A stretch of DNA of 64,000 nt from an uncultured delta proteobacterium. Its GTDB lineage: Bacteria; Desulfobacterota; Binatia; UBA9968. The stretch is from assembly GCA_963847445.1 (NCBI GenBank), contig CAWJZV010000027.1, positions 96,001 to 160,000 on the forward strand, in the 5' to 3' direction. This document shows positions 32,467 to 43,506 of the stretch, in pieces (the stretch's first letter is position 1; every line of letters begins with the position of its first letter). The position numbers and the translations under genes are program-made. The notes under the pieces are model-generated. The model made no database searches. It was not told the DNA's origin and saw nothing but the letters and a program-made list of their open reading frames with translations.

Positions 32467-33810
32467 ATGTCTAATCAACATTTGGTTGCGGTGGTCGGTG
32501 CGGGGCCCGCGGGGCTTTACGGCGCGCGCAAATTGACCGAAGCGGGCCATCGGGTGGTCTTGATCAATCGCGACATCAAGCCGGGCGGGCTGGCGGAGTA
32601 CGGCATCTTTGTCGACAAGGAAAAGATGAAGACCGGCCTGCGCAAACAGTTCAAAAGAATTCTCGCCGACCCAAAAGTATTTTATCTGGGCCATGTGATG
32701 GTGGGGCAGAATCAGCCGTTGTCGCTCACGGATCTCCAGGACATGGGCTTCGGCGCGGTGGTGGTGACCGCGGGAGCGCAGGGGACCAAGAAACTGGGCA
32801 TCGAGGGCGAAGAGGCCGTCGGCGTTTATCATGCCAAGGACGTCGTCTATCACTTCAATTCGTTGCCGCCCTTCGCCGAGCGCCAGTTCGAAATCGGCCG
32901 TCGCGTCGCGATCATCGGCATGGGCAACGTCATGGTCGATATCGCCAACTGGCTGCTCAATCTGAAAAAGATCGATCAAGTGGTCGTGGTCGCGCGCCGC
33001 GGGCCGCTGGAAAAAGCCTATGACGATAGCGAGTTCGAGTATATCGACATGTACCTCGATAACGCCGACATGAAGCAGGAGATCGAGCGCATCAGCGGGT
33101 CGTTGACCGCCGTCGGCCAAGATGTCGCTGCGATCACGCAAAAAATGGTGCGTCAGGGCGAGCCCTTGGAAGGGCGCCGGCTGACTTTCCGCTATCTCTG
33201 CTCACCGAACAAAGTAGTCGCCAACGCCCAAGGCCGGGTCGCGTTCCTCGAAGCGGAAGAAAACGAGATGGTTCTGCAGGACGGCAAAACTGTCGCCAAG
33301 GGCACCGGCAAGACCCGCCGCATCGAAGTCGATTGCGTGATATACGCCATCGGCGATCAAGTCGATGCCGCACTCGGTCTGCCGTTTTCACGCGGCGCTT
33401 TTGTGACCAATCCTGAGAAACTTCCTGGCGATCCTAATCCGGCCGCTTATCAACCCTACGATCCGGACCAGAAGAAGGCGCTCGACGGTATCTTCGTTGC
33501 CGGTTGGTCGCGTAACGCCAGCGTCGGCCTAGTCGGCGTCGCCAAACAAGACGCCGAGCGCGGCATGAAGGTGGTCAACGATTATCTCGCCGGCAAACCC
33601 GGTCTTTCAGCTGGCGACATGGAAGCAAAAATCGAGGGCTTGATCGACACCTTGAAGCAAAAGGGCGTGACGGTGGTGACCAAACCGGACGTCGAGCTGC
33701 TAGAGGGCGCCGAGCAGGAAGCCGCCAAGGCGCGCAAGACCTGGGACTTTAAATATACCAGCGATGAGAAAATGCTCGAGGTGATCGCGGCGCGACGGGC
33801 GGGAAAGTAG
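32467..33810 (+). CDS. Ferredoxin-NADP+ reductase (FprA / adrenodoxin reductase type)
   Basis: VVGAGPAG, PGGLAEYG, IIGMGNV..D, ARRGP, FVAGW. Confidence 0.85.
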   Translation: MSNQHLVAVVGAGPAGLYGARKLTEAGHRVVLINRDIKPGGLAEYGIFVDKEKMKTGLRKQFKRILADPKVFYLGHVMVGQNQPLSLTDLQDMGFGAVVVTAGAQGTKKLGIEGEEAVGVYHAKDVVYHFNSLPPFAERQFEIGRRVAIIGMGNVMVDIANWLLNLKKIDQVVVVARRGPLEKAYDDSEFEYIDMYLDNADMKQEIERISGSLTAVGQDVAAITQKMVRQGEPLEGRRLTFRYLCSPNKVVANAQGRVAFLEAEENEMVLQDGKTVAKGTGKTRRIEVDCVIYAIGDQVDAALGLPFSRGAFVTNPEKLPGDPNPAAYQPYDPDQKKALDGIFVAGWSRNASVGLVGVAKQDAERGMKVVNDYLAGKPGLSAGDMEAKIEGLIDTLKQKGVTVVTKPDVELLEGAEQEAAKARKTWDFKYTSDEKMLEVIAARRAGK

Positions 33811-33841
33811 AAACGGGATAGAAATAGAATCGGTTCAACGT

Positions 33842-33879
33842 GGCCGGCTGGGCGATTACGCTTAGCCGGCCTTTTTTTT
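33842..33879 (+). terminator. Intrinsic terminator
   Basis: GGCCGGCTGGGCG-ATTA-CGCTTAGCCGGCC followed by T8. Confidence 0.9.
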
Positions 33880-33889
33880 GGCTGCGGTA

Positions 33890-34934
33890 ATGCCATACCG
33901 GTCCTTGGTCAAACAGTATCCCGACTACGTTTGCCGGATCACGTCTGATGAGGGCAGCACGGGAAAAGGTTATCTGAGCAAGTTTCAGGAGCTCGAAACG
34001 ATCAGCCCCGTGATCGTTACGACTTCACAATTGCTCACCACCGGCGTCGATATTCCCACCTGCAAGAATATCGTCCTTGCCCGGGTGGTCGGTTCGATGG
34101 TGGAATTCAAACAGATCATTGGCCGAGGCACGCGGGTGCGCGACGATTACGACAAGTACTATTTCAACATCCTCGACTACACCGGTTCGGCGACGCGGCT
34201 GTTCGCCGACCGCGACTTTGACGGCGAGCCGGCTTTCGTGACCGAGCAAGAGATGAGCGAGACAGGCGAGACCATCCATGAAATGACAACGGAGCAACCG
34301 ACGGTTGCCGAATCCGAGGAAGCAAGCGGCCCGACGATCGCGGATGATTCGGAAGGCGTGCGGCGGAAATTTTACTTCGACGGCGGCCATGTGGAGATCG
34401 CCGCGCATTTGGTTTACGAACTCGATCCCGATGGCCGGCAACTTCGTGTGGTCCGGTTCTCCGAGTACGCGGCGGAAAAGGTCCGTACGCTTTACCCGTC
34501 AGCGGCTGATCTGCGTAGACAGTGGGCCGACCCGATGCTGCGCGCCGAGATTATTACACGATTGGAAGAGCGCGGCATCGACTTCGATCAACTGCGCTCG
34601 ACCAGCAACCAGCCGGAAGCCGATCCGTTCGACCTGCTGTGCCATCTCGCTTTCAACGGCCCGTTGCGGACGCGGCGTGAGCGCGCGGACCGGGTAAAGA
34701 AGGAAGAAAAGAGTTTCTTCGACAAATACGCCCCGGAAGCCAAAGGGATACTCAGCGATCTGCTGGAGAAGTATGCGGAGCACGGCACGGCGCAGTTCGT
34801 TATTCCCGACGTGCTCAAAGTTCCGCCGATTTCAGAGCGTGGCAACGTCATCGAGATCGCACAAGCTTTTCGGCGGGCCGGAAAAACTGAGAGATGCGGT
34901 GGCTGAGTTGCAGGCGCTATTGTATGCCGCGTAA
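33890..34934 (+). pseudogene. hsdR: 5'-truncated type I restriction subunit R (EcoEI-like C-terminal domain)
   Basis: YVCRITSDEG, TTSQLLTTGVDIPTCKNIV, FKQIIGRGTR, DPFDLL.H.AF..PLRTRRERA; nuclease and Walker A/DEAD regions absent. Confidence 0.85.
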
Positions 34935-34948
34935 AGTGATTCCTCATT

Positions 34949-35278
34949 ATGAAGATCGCAAGGAAACTAGTCGATGATTTGTTGGCCGAGTTGAAGATCG
35001 GACTTGACGGTCTATATGGCAGCCGGCTGAAAGGTCTTTATTTATACGGATCTTATGCCCGTGGCGAAGAGGACGGAGAATCCGACTTAGACGTACTTAT
35101 AATCTTGGAACACTTCGATCACTATGCGGCAGAGGTTGATCGAACCGGGGAACTTGCTTCAGATCTATCTATCAAGTACGGGATAACGGTCAGTCTAGTG
35201 TTTATTCGTCAGGCCGAATGGCTCCACGGTGATACGCCATTCCTATCCAACGTCCGTGAGGACGCTATTTCGTTGTGA
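34949..35278 (+). CDS. Minimal nucleotidyltransferase (MNT) domain protein
   Basis: LYGSYARGEEDGESDLDVLI (GS-x10-DxD). Confidence 0.9.
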   Translation: MKIARKLVDDLLAELKIGLDGLYGSRLKGLYLYGSYARGEEDGESDLDVLIILEHFDHYAAEVDRTGELASDLSIKYGITVSLVFIRQAEWLHGDTPFLSNVREDAISL

Positions 35279-35361
35279 AAGGCGGAATTGGCGCTGTGCC
35301 TCCGGACGTGATATTGCGAACTCCACCGTGGATCTGAGATCTGAGATTCTGCGTAGCAGAT

Positions 35362-35850
35362 ATGCAATACCGACGCTTTGAAGACCTGCCGGTTTGGCGC
35401 GATTCCGTCGAGCTTGCCCGCTCGATTTACGAATTCGCTGACCTCGATATCTTCCGGCGCCATCCGGGACTTCGCGACCAGTTGGAGCGCGCTGCTCTCT
35501 CAGTCTCTAACAACATCGCCGAAGGTTTTGAACGCGGATCGACTAATGAACTTCTCGCCTTTCTCTATATTGCCCGCGGCTCGGCAGGCGAAGTCCGCTC
35601 GATGATGCGGGTGTTGGAGACGTGGAATATCTTCGGCAATTACAGATCTCAGATTTCAAATTTCACAACTGAGTGTGAAAAGATATCGAGGCAGCTTTAC
35701 GGATGGATCGAAAGTCTGAAAAACTCAGACATTCCTGGGCAGCGCCGGTTGGATGAAAAAGCAAAGAACCGCTATGCGAACAAGAAAGAGCGTGAGCAGT
35801 TTCTGGAAGAGTTGCGCCACGTCAGCGCCAAGCCCGAAAAAGATTCTTGA
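35362..35850 (+). CDS. Four helix bundle protein (23S rRNA IVP-like family)
   Basis: RFEDLPVW, LRDQLERAALSVSNNIAEGFER, FLYIARGSAGEVRS. Confidence 0.92.
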   Translation: MQYRRFEDLPVWRDSVELARSIYEFADLDIFRRHPGLRDQLERAALSVSNNIAEGFERGSTNELLAFLYIARGSAGEVRSMMRVLETWNIFGNYRSQISNFTTECEKISRQLYGWIESLKNSDIPGQRRLDEKAKNRYANKKEREQFLEELRHVSAKPEKDS

Positions 35851-35948
35851 TCGCCCGATAATGTGTTCTCTCATCTGAAATTTTTTCGCATCTAATTGCC
35901 TTCATATGCAATTTGAGATTTGAAATCTGAGATTCCTCTAGGACACTC

Positions 35949-36055
35949 ATGGCACGCACACAAAAGAACGTACAAACTCTGACTACGGCGAGCGGCGTTC
36001 CTCTATCGTCAAGTCTTGCCGCGATATTATGCGCAACGGCTTGAATTGGTACTTG
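35949..36055 (+). pseudogene. hsdM: 5' remnant of a type I methyltransferase subunit
   Basis: SD AGGA then ATG; reads MARTQKNVQTLTTA / SSIVKSCRDIMR / GLN across frameshifts, resembling the TTAQ.L.S.VKS.RDIMRKDKGLNGD start of HsdM; homology then stops. Confidence 0.65.
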
Positions 36056-36198
36056 TAAAGAACCTATTGGCTTGCCTGAAAGAACTTAACGACAAAAGGG
36101 CAGAGGAGTACAGGGAGAACTATCGGCTTCACAAAGACTATCAGTGTTTTTCAGCTGCCTAGGTACCAGATCCTTAGATAGCAATTTTACCTTTGTTA

Positions 36199-36939
36199 TC
36201 ACGTCATAATCCTCCCGCCATTCACATGCATCGTCTGTCCGGTCATATGTTTTGCTGCGTCGCTCGCTAAATAGGCGACAGCTTCGGCGACATCTTCGAC
36301 GGCGCCGGGGTGGCCGAGGGGGATGCGTTCGTTCGATTTTTCCCATTCGGCGTCGGTGTAGTGGCTGCGCACTTTGGCGGTTTCGATGCGGCCGGGGGCG
36401 ACGGCGTTGACGCGGACTCCGGTGGGCGCGAGTTCTAGTGCAAGCGTGCGGGTGAGGCCGAGGATGCCGGCTTTGGCTGCCGCGTAGGCGGAGCGGTTTT
36501 CGCCGCCGCTGTAGGCGATGTCGGACGAGATGTTGACGATGGCGCCGGACTTTTGATTTTTCATCAGCACCGTGACGGCGCGGCAGCAGAGGAAGGTTGC
36601 GGTGAGATTGGCGTCGATGATGGCGCGCCAATGGTGCAGCGGGAAGTCTTCAAACTTGTGGCGGAAAAAGCTGCCGCCGGCGACGTTGACCAAGAGATCG
36701 ACGCGCCCATGCTTGGCGATGATCGCGTCGAAAATGGTTTTGACGGCGGCTTCATCGGATAGGTTGGCGCAATGGAAATCGAGCATGACATTGCGCTTGG
36801 CAAAATCGCCGACTGCCTGCTTGCCAGCTTCCTGGTTCATGTCCAGGATGACGATTTGATAATTATCTTTGGCGAGCCGCGCGACCACGGCTTGACCGAT
36901 GTTTCCCGCGCCTCCGGTGACGACGGCGATTTTGCTCAT
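36199..36939 (-). CDS. SDR family oxidoreductase
   Basis: TGGAGNIG, LVNVAG, IVNISS, YAAAK, VNAVAPG. Confidence 0.92.
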   Translation of the reverse strand: MSKIAVVTGGAGNIGQAVVARLAKDNYQIVILDMNQEAGKQAVGDFAKRNVMLDFHCANLSDEAAVKTIFDAIIAKHGRVDLLVNVAGGSFFRHKFEDFPLHHWRAIIDANLTATFLCCRAVTVLMKNQKSGAIVNISSDIAYSGGENRSAYAAAKAGILGLTRTLALELAPTGVRVNAVAPGRIETAKVRSHYTDAEWEKSNERIPLGHPGAVEDVAEAVAYLASDAAKHMTGQTMHVNGGRIMT

Positions 36940-37162
36940 GAGAACTCCTTCTCTTTGGTTCTAATTCACCTATCCCATGTGCCGCGTGAGCGTCAATCGG
37001 GGGTTGGATGGCTGGGTTACGAGTTTCGTGTTTCGAGTTGAACCGAAACCCCCAACCCGAAACTCGTAACCGCGCCAAGTCCTCTTGCCAAGCAATTGGG
37101 GCTCACATAGAATCCGGCCAATTTCTCGCCTTGCGAAAAACTTTTCCCGGAGGGAACACACC

Positions 37163-39111
37163 ATGGCAGATAGAGAGCGATCGAAGTTTTACTCGACGAG
37201 AAGAGAAATTTTCCGCCATCCAAGGAGTTCAAAAAATCCGCCAATCTGAAAAGCGCCGCGGTGTTCAACCAGGCGCGGAAAAATCCCCAGGCTTTCTGGG
37301 CAAAGGCCGCCAAAGAGCTGCACTGGTTCAAGCCTTGGAAGAAAGTTCACGAATGGAAGAGTCCCTGGGCTAAATGGTTCATCGGCGGCAAGCTCAACGC
37401 GTCCTATAATTGCCTCGACCGCCATGTGCTCTCCGGGCGCAAGAACAAAGCGGCGATTATCTGGGAAGGGGAGCCGGGCGACGAGCGGGTGCTGACCTAC
37501 CGCGACGTTTGGCGCGAGGTCAACAAGTTCGCCAACGTGCTCAAGAAACTCGGCGTCAAAAAAGGCGACCGGGTTTGTTTGTACATGGGCATGGTGCCGG
37601 AGTTGTTGATCGCCATGCACGCCTGTAACCGCATCGGCGCGCCGCATAGCGTGGTCTTCGGCGGCTTTAGCGCCGAGGCGTTGCGCGACCGGATCAACGA
37701 CGCCCAGGCGAAAATTCTCGTCACCGCCGATGGCGGCTACCGCCGCGGCACCATCGTGCAGCTAAAAAAGAACGCCGACGACGCCATGACCGATACGCCG
37801 TCGATCAGCCATTGCGTTGTCGTGCAGCGGGTCGGCACCGAATCGGGCGCGCATATGAAAGATGGCCGCGATCTTTGGTGGCATGAAGCGATGGCCGATG
37901 CGCCGCTGTGGTGCGAGCCGGAGAAGATGGACAGCGAAGACATGCTGTTCATTCTCTACACCAGCGGCACGACCGGTAAACCCAAGGGCATCGTCCACAC
38001 CACCGGCGGCTATCTCACCGGCGTGAACTTGATTAACAAATGGGTCTTCGACATGAAAGACGACGACGTCTTCTGGTGCGCCGCCGATATCGGCTGGGTC
38101 ACCGGCCATACTCATATCGTCTACGGTCCCATGGCCAACGGCGTGACCCAGGTGATGTACGAAGGCACGCCGGATTGGCCCGACAAAGACCGGCTGTGGA
38201 AGATCATTGCCAAATACGGCGTGACGATCTTTCACACGGCGCCGACGGCGATCCGCACGTTCATGCGTTGGGGCGCGGAATTCCCCGCCAAGCATAATTT
38301 GAAATCGCTGCGACTGCTCGGTTCCGTTGGCGAGCCAATCAATCCGGAAGCGTGGATGTGGTATCACAAAGTTATCGGCGGCAGCCGCTGTCCGGTGATG
38401 GATACTTGGTGGCAGACCGAGACTGGCCATCCGCTAATCTCGCCGCTGCCCGGCATTACAAAATTAAAGCCCGGTTCGGCGACCATGCCGCTGCCCGGCA
38501 TCGAAGCCGACGTCGTCGATGAGAGTGGCAAGTCGGTGCCCAAGGGCGGCGGCGGTTACTTGGTTTTAACTAAACCCTGGCCGGCGATGATGCGGACGAT
38601 CTTTGGCGATCCCGATCGCTTCGTGTCGACTTACTGGAGCCGCTTTCCGGGAAAATATTTTGCCGGGGACGGCTGTAAGCGCGACAAGGACGGTTATTTC
38701 TGGCTGCTCGGCCGGGTCGACGACGTGATGAACGTGGCGGGCCATCGCATCAGCACCATGGAAGTCGAGAGCGCGCTGGTCGATCATCAAAAGGTCGCCG
38801 AGGCCGCGGTCATCGGCAAAGCGCATGAGATCAAAGGCCAGGCGATCTGCGCCTTCGTGTCACTGAAAGCTGGTGTGGATGGGAGCAATTCATTGATCGA
38901 CGAGCTTAAAGCTCACGTGGCTAAGAAAATTGGACCGATCGCCCGGCCCGACGAAATTCTCTTCGCGGCTGAGTTGCCGAAAACCCGCAGCGGCAAGATC
39001 ATGCGCCGTTTGCTGCGCGATATCGCCGATGGACGGGCGATGGGCGACACGACGACGCTGGCCGATCCGACGGTGGTGGCTAAGTTGAAGGAGCAGTACG
39101 AAGAAGATTAG
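37163..39111 (+). CDS. acs: Acetate--CoA ligase (frameshift within the first codons)
   Basis: [54 protein letters not shown]; ATG 37163 is out of frame with IEVLLDEKR. Confidence 0.96.
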
Positions 39112-39160
39112 GCAAGAAACAACAGGCATTAGACAATCGTCAGAGATCGGAAGGATACCC

Positions 39161-40153
39161 ATGGGGCGCAATCGAATACTGCTAATTACTTTTTTATTAC
39201 TCGTGCCGCAGCTGGTTACGGCGCAGACGCGGGAGAAGGTTCGCGTGGCGCTCGGTTCGATATCGGTTAACACCAGCGTCATTCCAGTCGGTCAACAATA
39301 CGGGCTCTATGCCAAGTACGGCGTCGATCTCGAACCGATCTACATGGGCGGCGGGATGAACTCGTTGGCGGCGGTTACTTCGAATTCCGTGCAGTTTCTT
39401 TCGGCCGGCTCGACGGCCACGATCAGCGCGCGGCTGGGCGGGATGGATATCACCATGCTGACCGTGCAGTCGAGCAAGCTCGAGTACAGCATATTCGCCG
39501 CGCCGGAAATTAAAACTCCGCAAGATTTGAAGGGGAAGATCGTCACCGGTACGCGGCCGGGCGCGTCCGCCGACAGCGCCTTGCGTTTGATTTTGCGCAA
39601 GTGGGGGTTGGAGCCGGGCAAGGATGTCATCTTTATTTCCGTAGGAGAAAGCCAACAGGGGCGCATGAATGCGCTGCAGCGCGGCTCGGTTGCGGCGACC
39701 GCTCTGACGCCGCCATTTAGCGGTATGGCAAGGCAGCTCGGTTTCCGGGAACTTATCGACATGCGTAAGACCGATATCGAGTATGCCGGTTCATCCATCG
39801 CCGGGATGGTGGGATACATCAAAAGCCACCCGCAGTTGGTCGAGAATTTCCTCAAAGGCTACATCGAGTCGCTGCATTTCTTCCGCACCCAGAAAGAAAA
39901 AACCGTCGCGGGCATCATGAAGTTTATGAAAATGAACGATCGGGCGCGGGCCGAAGAGGGGTATGAGTATTATCTCGATCTCATGCCGGTGATGCCGTAT
40001 GCCAACGTCGCCGGTGTTAAGGCAGTCTTGCAGTTTTTGGTCGCCGGCCAGCCCAAAGCCGCCACGGCCAATCCGGAAGACTTTTACGATCATAGTTTTC
40101 TCAAGAAGATCGAAGACAGCGGCTTTGCCAAACCGTTCGCGATTAGACGCTGA
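39161..40153 (+). CDS. ABC transporter substrate-binding protein (NMT1/SsuA-like)
   Basis: Signal peptide, KYGVDLE, DLKGKIV, FYDHSFLKKIEDSGF. Confidence 0.85.
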   Translation: MGRNRILLITFLLLVPQLVTAQTREKVRVALGSISVNTSVIPVGQQYGLYAKYGVDLEPIYMGGGMNSLAAVTSNSVQFLSAGSTATISARLGGMDITMLTVQSSKLEYSIFAAPEIKTPQDLKGKIVTGTRPGASADSALRLILRKWGLEPGKDVIFISVGESQQGRMNALQRGSVAATALTPPFSGMARQLGFRELIDMRKTDIEYAGSSIAGMVGYIKSHPQLVENFLKGYIESLHFFRTQKEKTVAGIMKFMKMNDRARAEEGYEYYLDLMPVMPYANVAGVKAVLQFLVAGQPKAATANPEDFYDHSFLKKIEDSGFAKPFAIRR

Positions 40154-40199
40154 TGTTGGCGCGCGGTGAAAGGCAATAGTAACTAGCGAGGCAGAAATC

Positions 40200-41213
40200 A
40201 TGGACAAACCATGCTCAGGGAAAATTGTCGTGGTCGCGCTTTTAGCCATCCTGATGGGTTCGGTTCTTTCGGCGCAGGCCCAGGATAAACCCTTGAAGAA
40301 GATCGGCTGGGGCGTAACTTCGCTGTCCGCGTCCAATTGGATTCCGTGGATCGCTAAGGACGCGAAGATTTACGAGAAATACGGACTCGATGTCGAGTTG
40401 GTTCTCGTTAAAGGTTCGGGCCAAACTTCGGCGGCGATTCTCGGCGGCAGTCTGTTTGCCGCGCCGGTGGCGGTGCCGCAAGTCATGATGGCCAATCTCG
40501 GCGGCGCCGATCTGGTAAACATCGCTCACACGGTGCCCGGAGTGCAGAGCAAACTGCTGGTCAAGCAGGAAATTAGACGACCCGAGGATATCAAGGGGAA
40601 GCGGATCGCGACCTCAAGTTTAGGTTCTTTAGGCGATTTTCTTTTTAAGTACATCATTCGAAAGAACGGCATGGATCCGATTCGCGACGTTATCTGGCTT
40701 TCGATCGGCACGCCGCCGGAGAGCGGCTGCAGGCGTTGGCATCGGGGCGGGTGGATGCCGCGGATCTGTCCTATCCCACGGACGCGCAGGGCCTACGCAT
40801 GGGGTATCGGGTTCTCTGGGATGCGCGCAAAGAGGTCGTCTATCCATCCATGTCGGTGGTGACACGCCGAAAAACCGTTCAAGACGATCGCGACACTGTG
40901 ATGCGCATGCTTAAGTCCCACATCGAAGCCATCGCATATTTTAAAACGCACAAAGACTTCAGCATGAAAGTCCTGAGCAAGTATTTACGCACCAACGACC
41001 AGGAGCTGCTTGGAAGGTTCCTACGATATCTTCAGGCAGGATTTCATCTCGGTTCCCTATCCGATCATGAAGGGACTGGAGGCCACTTACGATTACGTCG
41101 CGGCGACCCGACCGGAGATCCGCGGCCGCAAACCCGAAGAGTTCATGGACCCGAGCTTGGTCGCCGAATTGGACAAGAGCGGTTTCATCAAGAAACTCTA
41201 CGAGCAGAAGTGA
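40200..41213 (+). CDS. NMT1/SsuA-like substrate-binding protein (frameshifts near 40720 and 41010)
   Basis: WIPWIAKDAKIYEKYGLDVE, DIKGKRIA..SLGS, ELDKSGFIKKLYEQK. Confidence 0.85.
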
Positions 41214-41260
41214 GACAGACCGCGAGCCTGAAGACGCTCGACGCGAGGAGAATACCGATC

Positions 41261-42269
41261 ATGAAATGGCTAGCGCAGTCGGTCTTCACGAGCTTGGTCG
41301 ATTTGTCTCGCGGCTTTCTCTTCACCCAGCTTCGGCCAGGATAAACCACTCAAAAAGATCACCTGGGGACAGACTTCGATTTCGTCATCCCAGTGGATTC
41401 CTTGGATCGCCAAGGACGCCAAGCTTTATGAAAGAAACGGCCTCGACGTCGACATCGTTTATCTGCGCGGCGGTTCGGGCGATACCTCGAAGGCGATCAT
41501 CGCCGGAAGTATCTTTGCCGCGCCGGTGACCACGGCGACTTTGATGACGGCCAATCTCGGCGGCGCGGATCTCACTACCATCGCGCATACGGTCAAGGCG
41601 GTGCAGACCAAACTGATCGCGCGGCCCGAGCTCAAGCGGCCCGAAGATATTAAAGGCAAACGGCTGGCGATGACCGGATTGGGCTCCCTCGGCGACTTTC
41701 TGCATCGCGTCGTGATGAAAAGGCATGGCATCAATCCCGAGCGCGACGTGACGTGGCTGACCATCGGCGCGCCGCCGGACCGGATTCAAGCGCTCGAAGC
41801 GAAACTGGTCGAAGCGGCGGACCTCTCCTATCCGTTCGACATGCAAGCCGAGAAAAAAGGTTATCGCGTGCTCTGGGACGCGCGCGTCGAAGTGCCGTAT
41901 CCGTCGATGTCGGTGGTGACGCGCAAGAAAACGGTTCAAGAAGACCGCGATACCGTGGCGCGGATGATGCGCGCCCATGTCGAAGGCATTCATTTTCTCA
42001 AGACCCAGAAGGAATCGAGCCTGAAGATTCTCGCCAAATATCTCCGCACCGCCGATAAGGAACTGCTCGAGGGCTCCTACGAAATCTACAAAGAAGATTT
42101 CCTGGCGACGCCCTATCCGATCACCCAGGGACTGGCGACGACTTATGAATACGTCGCGCTGCGCCGCCCGGAGATTTACAATCACAAGCCCGAAGAATTT
42201 ACCGACCCGAGTTTTATCGCCGAATTGGACAAAAGCGGTTTTATCAAGAAATTGTACGCATCGAAGTAG
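41261..42269 (+). CDS. NMT1/SsuA-like substrate-binding protein (5' frameshifts)
   Basis: Paralog of 40200; QWIPWIAKDAKLYE, DIKGKRLA, ELDKSGFIKKLY. Confidence 0.82.
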
Positions 42270-42413
42270 CAAAGGCGAAAGGCAATGGCAGGGGCGAATA
42301 GGGAGCGCAGGTTTTCCAACCCGCGAAAATCGAACGCAGGTCTCCCTACATGAGCCCGGCAACGGCCCCGCAGACGAAAATCTAGAATTAGCGAGGGGTG
42401 AGGACAACTCCAT

Positions 42414-43417
42414 ATGACAAAGTCGGTTAGGCGAATTTCGCTGGTTGGCTTGCTCCTCTATCTATGCGTTCAACGCGCAGGGCCGCGCAAGAGAAGCAAC
42501 TCAAGAAGATTAACTGGGGCGTGACCTCGCTGTCGGCGGGCAATTGGATTCCCTGGCTCGCCAAGGAGGCGAAGATTTACGAGAAGCATGGACTCGACGT
42601 CCAGCTGGTCTTGCTGCGCGGCTCGGGGCAGACCTCGGCGGCGCTCCTCGGCGGCAGCATCTTCGCCGCGCCGGTGGTGCTGCCGACGCTCATGCTCGCC
42701 GACTTGAGCGGCGCCGATCTGATCAACGTCGCCCATACGGTCTCCGCCGTGAACAGCAAGCTGGTGGTCAAGCCGGAAATCAAACGAGTCGAAGACATGC
42801 GCGGCAAGCGCATCGCCAACTCGAGCTTGGGATCGTTGGGCGATTTTCTCTTCAAACATATCCTGCGCAAATACGGCCTCGATCCAATTCGCGAAGTGAC
42901 CTGGCTTGCCATCGGCACGCCGCCGGAACGGTTGCAGGCGTTATTCTCCGGCGTGGTCGATGCCATCGAAGCTTCTTATCCCATCGACGTTCAGGCCGAA
43001 CGGAAGGGATTCCGCGTATTGTTGGACGCGCGCAAGGAGGTCGTCTATCCGTCCATGTCGATAGTGACGCGGCGCAAGAGCATTATCGAGGACCGCGACA
43101 CCGTGATGCGCATGGTCAGGGCGCACGTCGAAGGCATCGCTTACTTCAAGCAGAACAAAGAGTTCAGCTTGCGCGTCTTGAGCAAGCAGTTGAAAATCAC
43201 CGACCGCGACATGTTGGAGAGTTCGTACGACACCTACACGCAGGATTTTATCGCCGTGCCGTACCCGATTACCAAAGGCCTGGAAGCCACCTACGATTTT
43301 GTCGCCCAGTCGCGGCCCGAGATTCGCAGCCGCAAGCCGGAAGAGTTTGTCGATGCGAGCTTCATCGCCGAGCTGGAGAAGAGCGGGTTTATCAAGAAGC
43401 TGTATGAACAGAAGTAG
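42414..43417 (+). CDS. NMT1/SsuA-like substrate-binding protein (frameshift in signal peptide)
   Basis: NWIPWLAKEAKIYEKHGLDV, ELEKSGFIKKLYEQK. Confidence 0.85.
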
Positions 43418-43506
43418 GAAAATCGTAGGGGTAAGGCTAAGGGGTAAGGCAACAGAACGAATTTTGGATTTTGGATTGGGGTGACTGGGACGTGACAAAG
43501 ATATTT

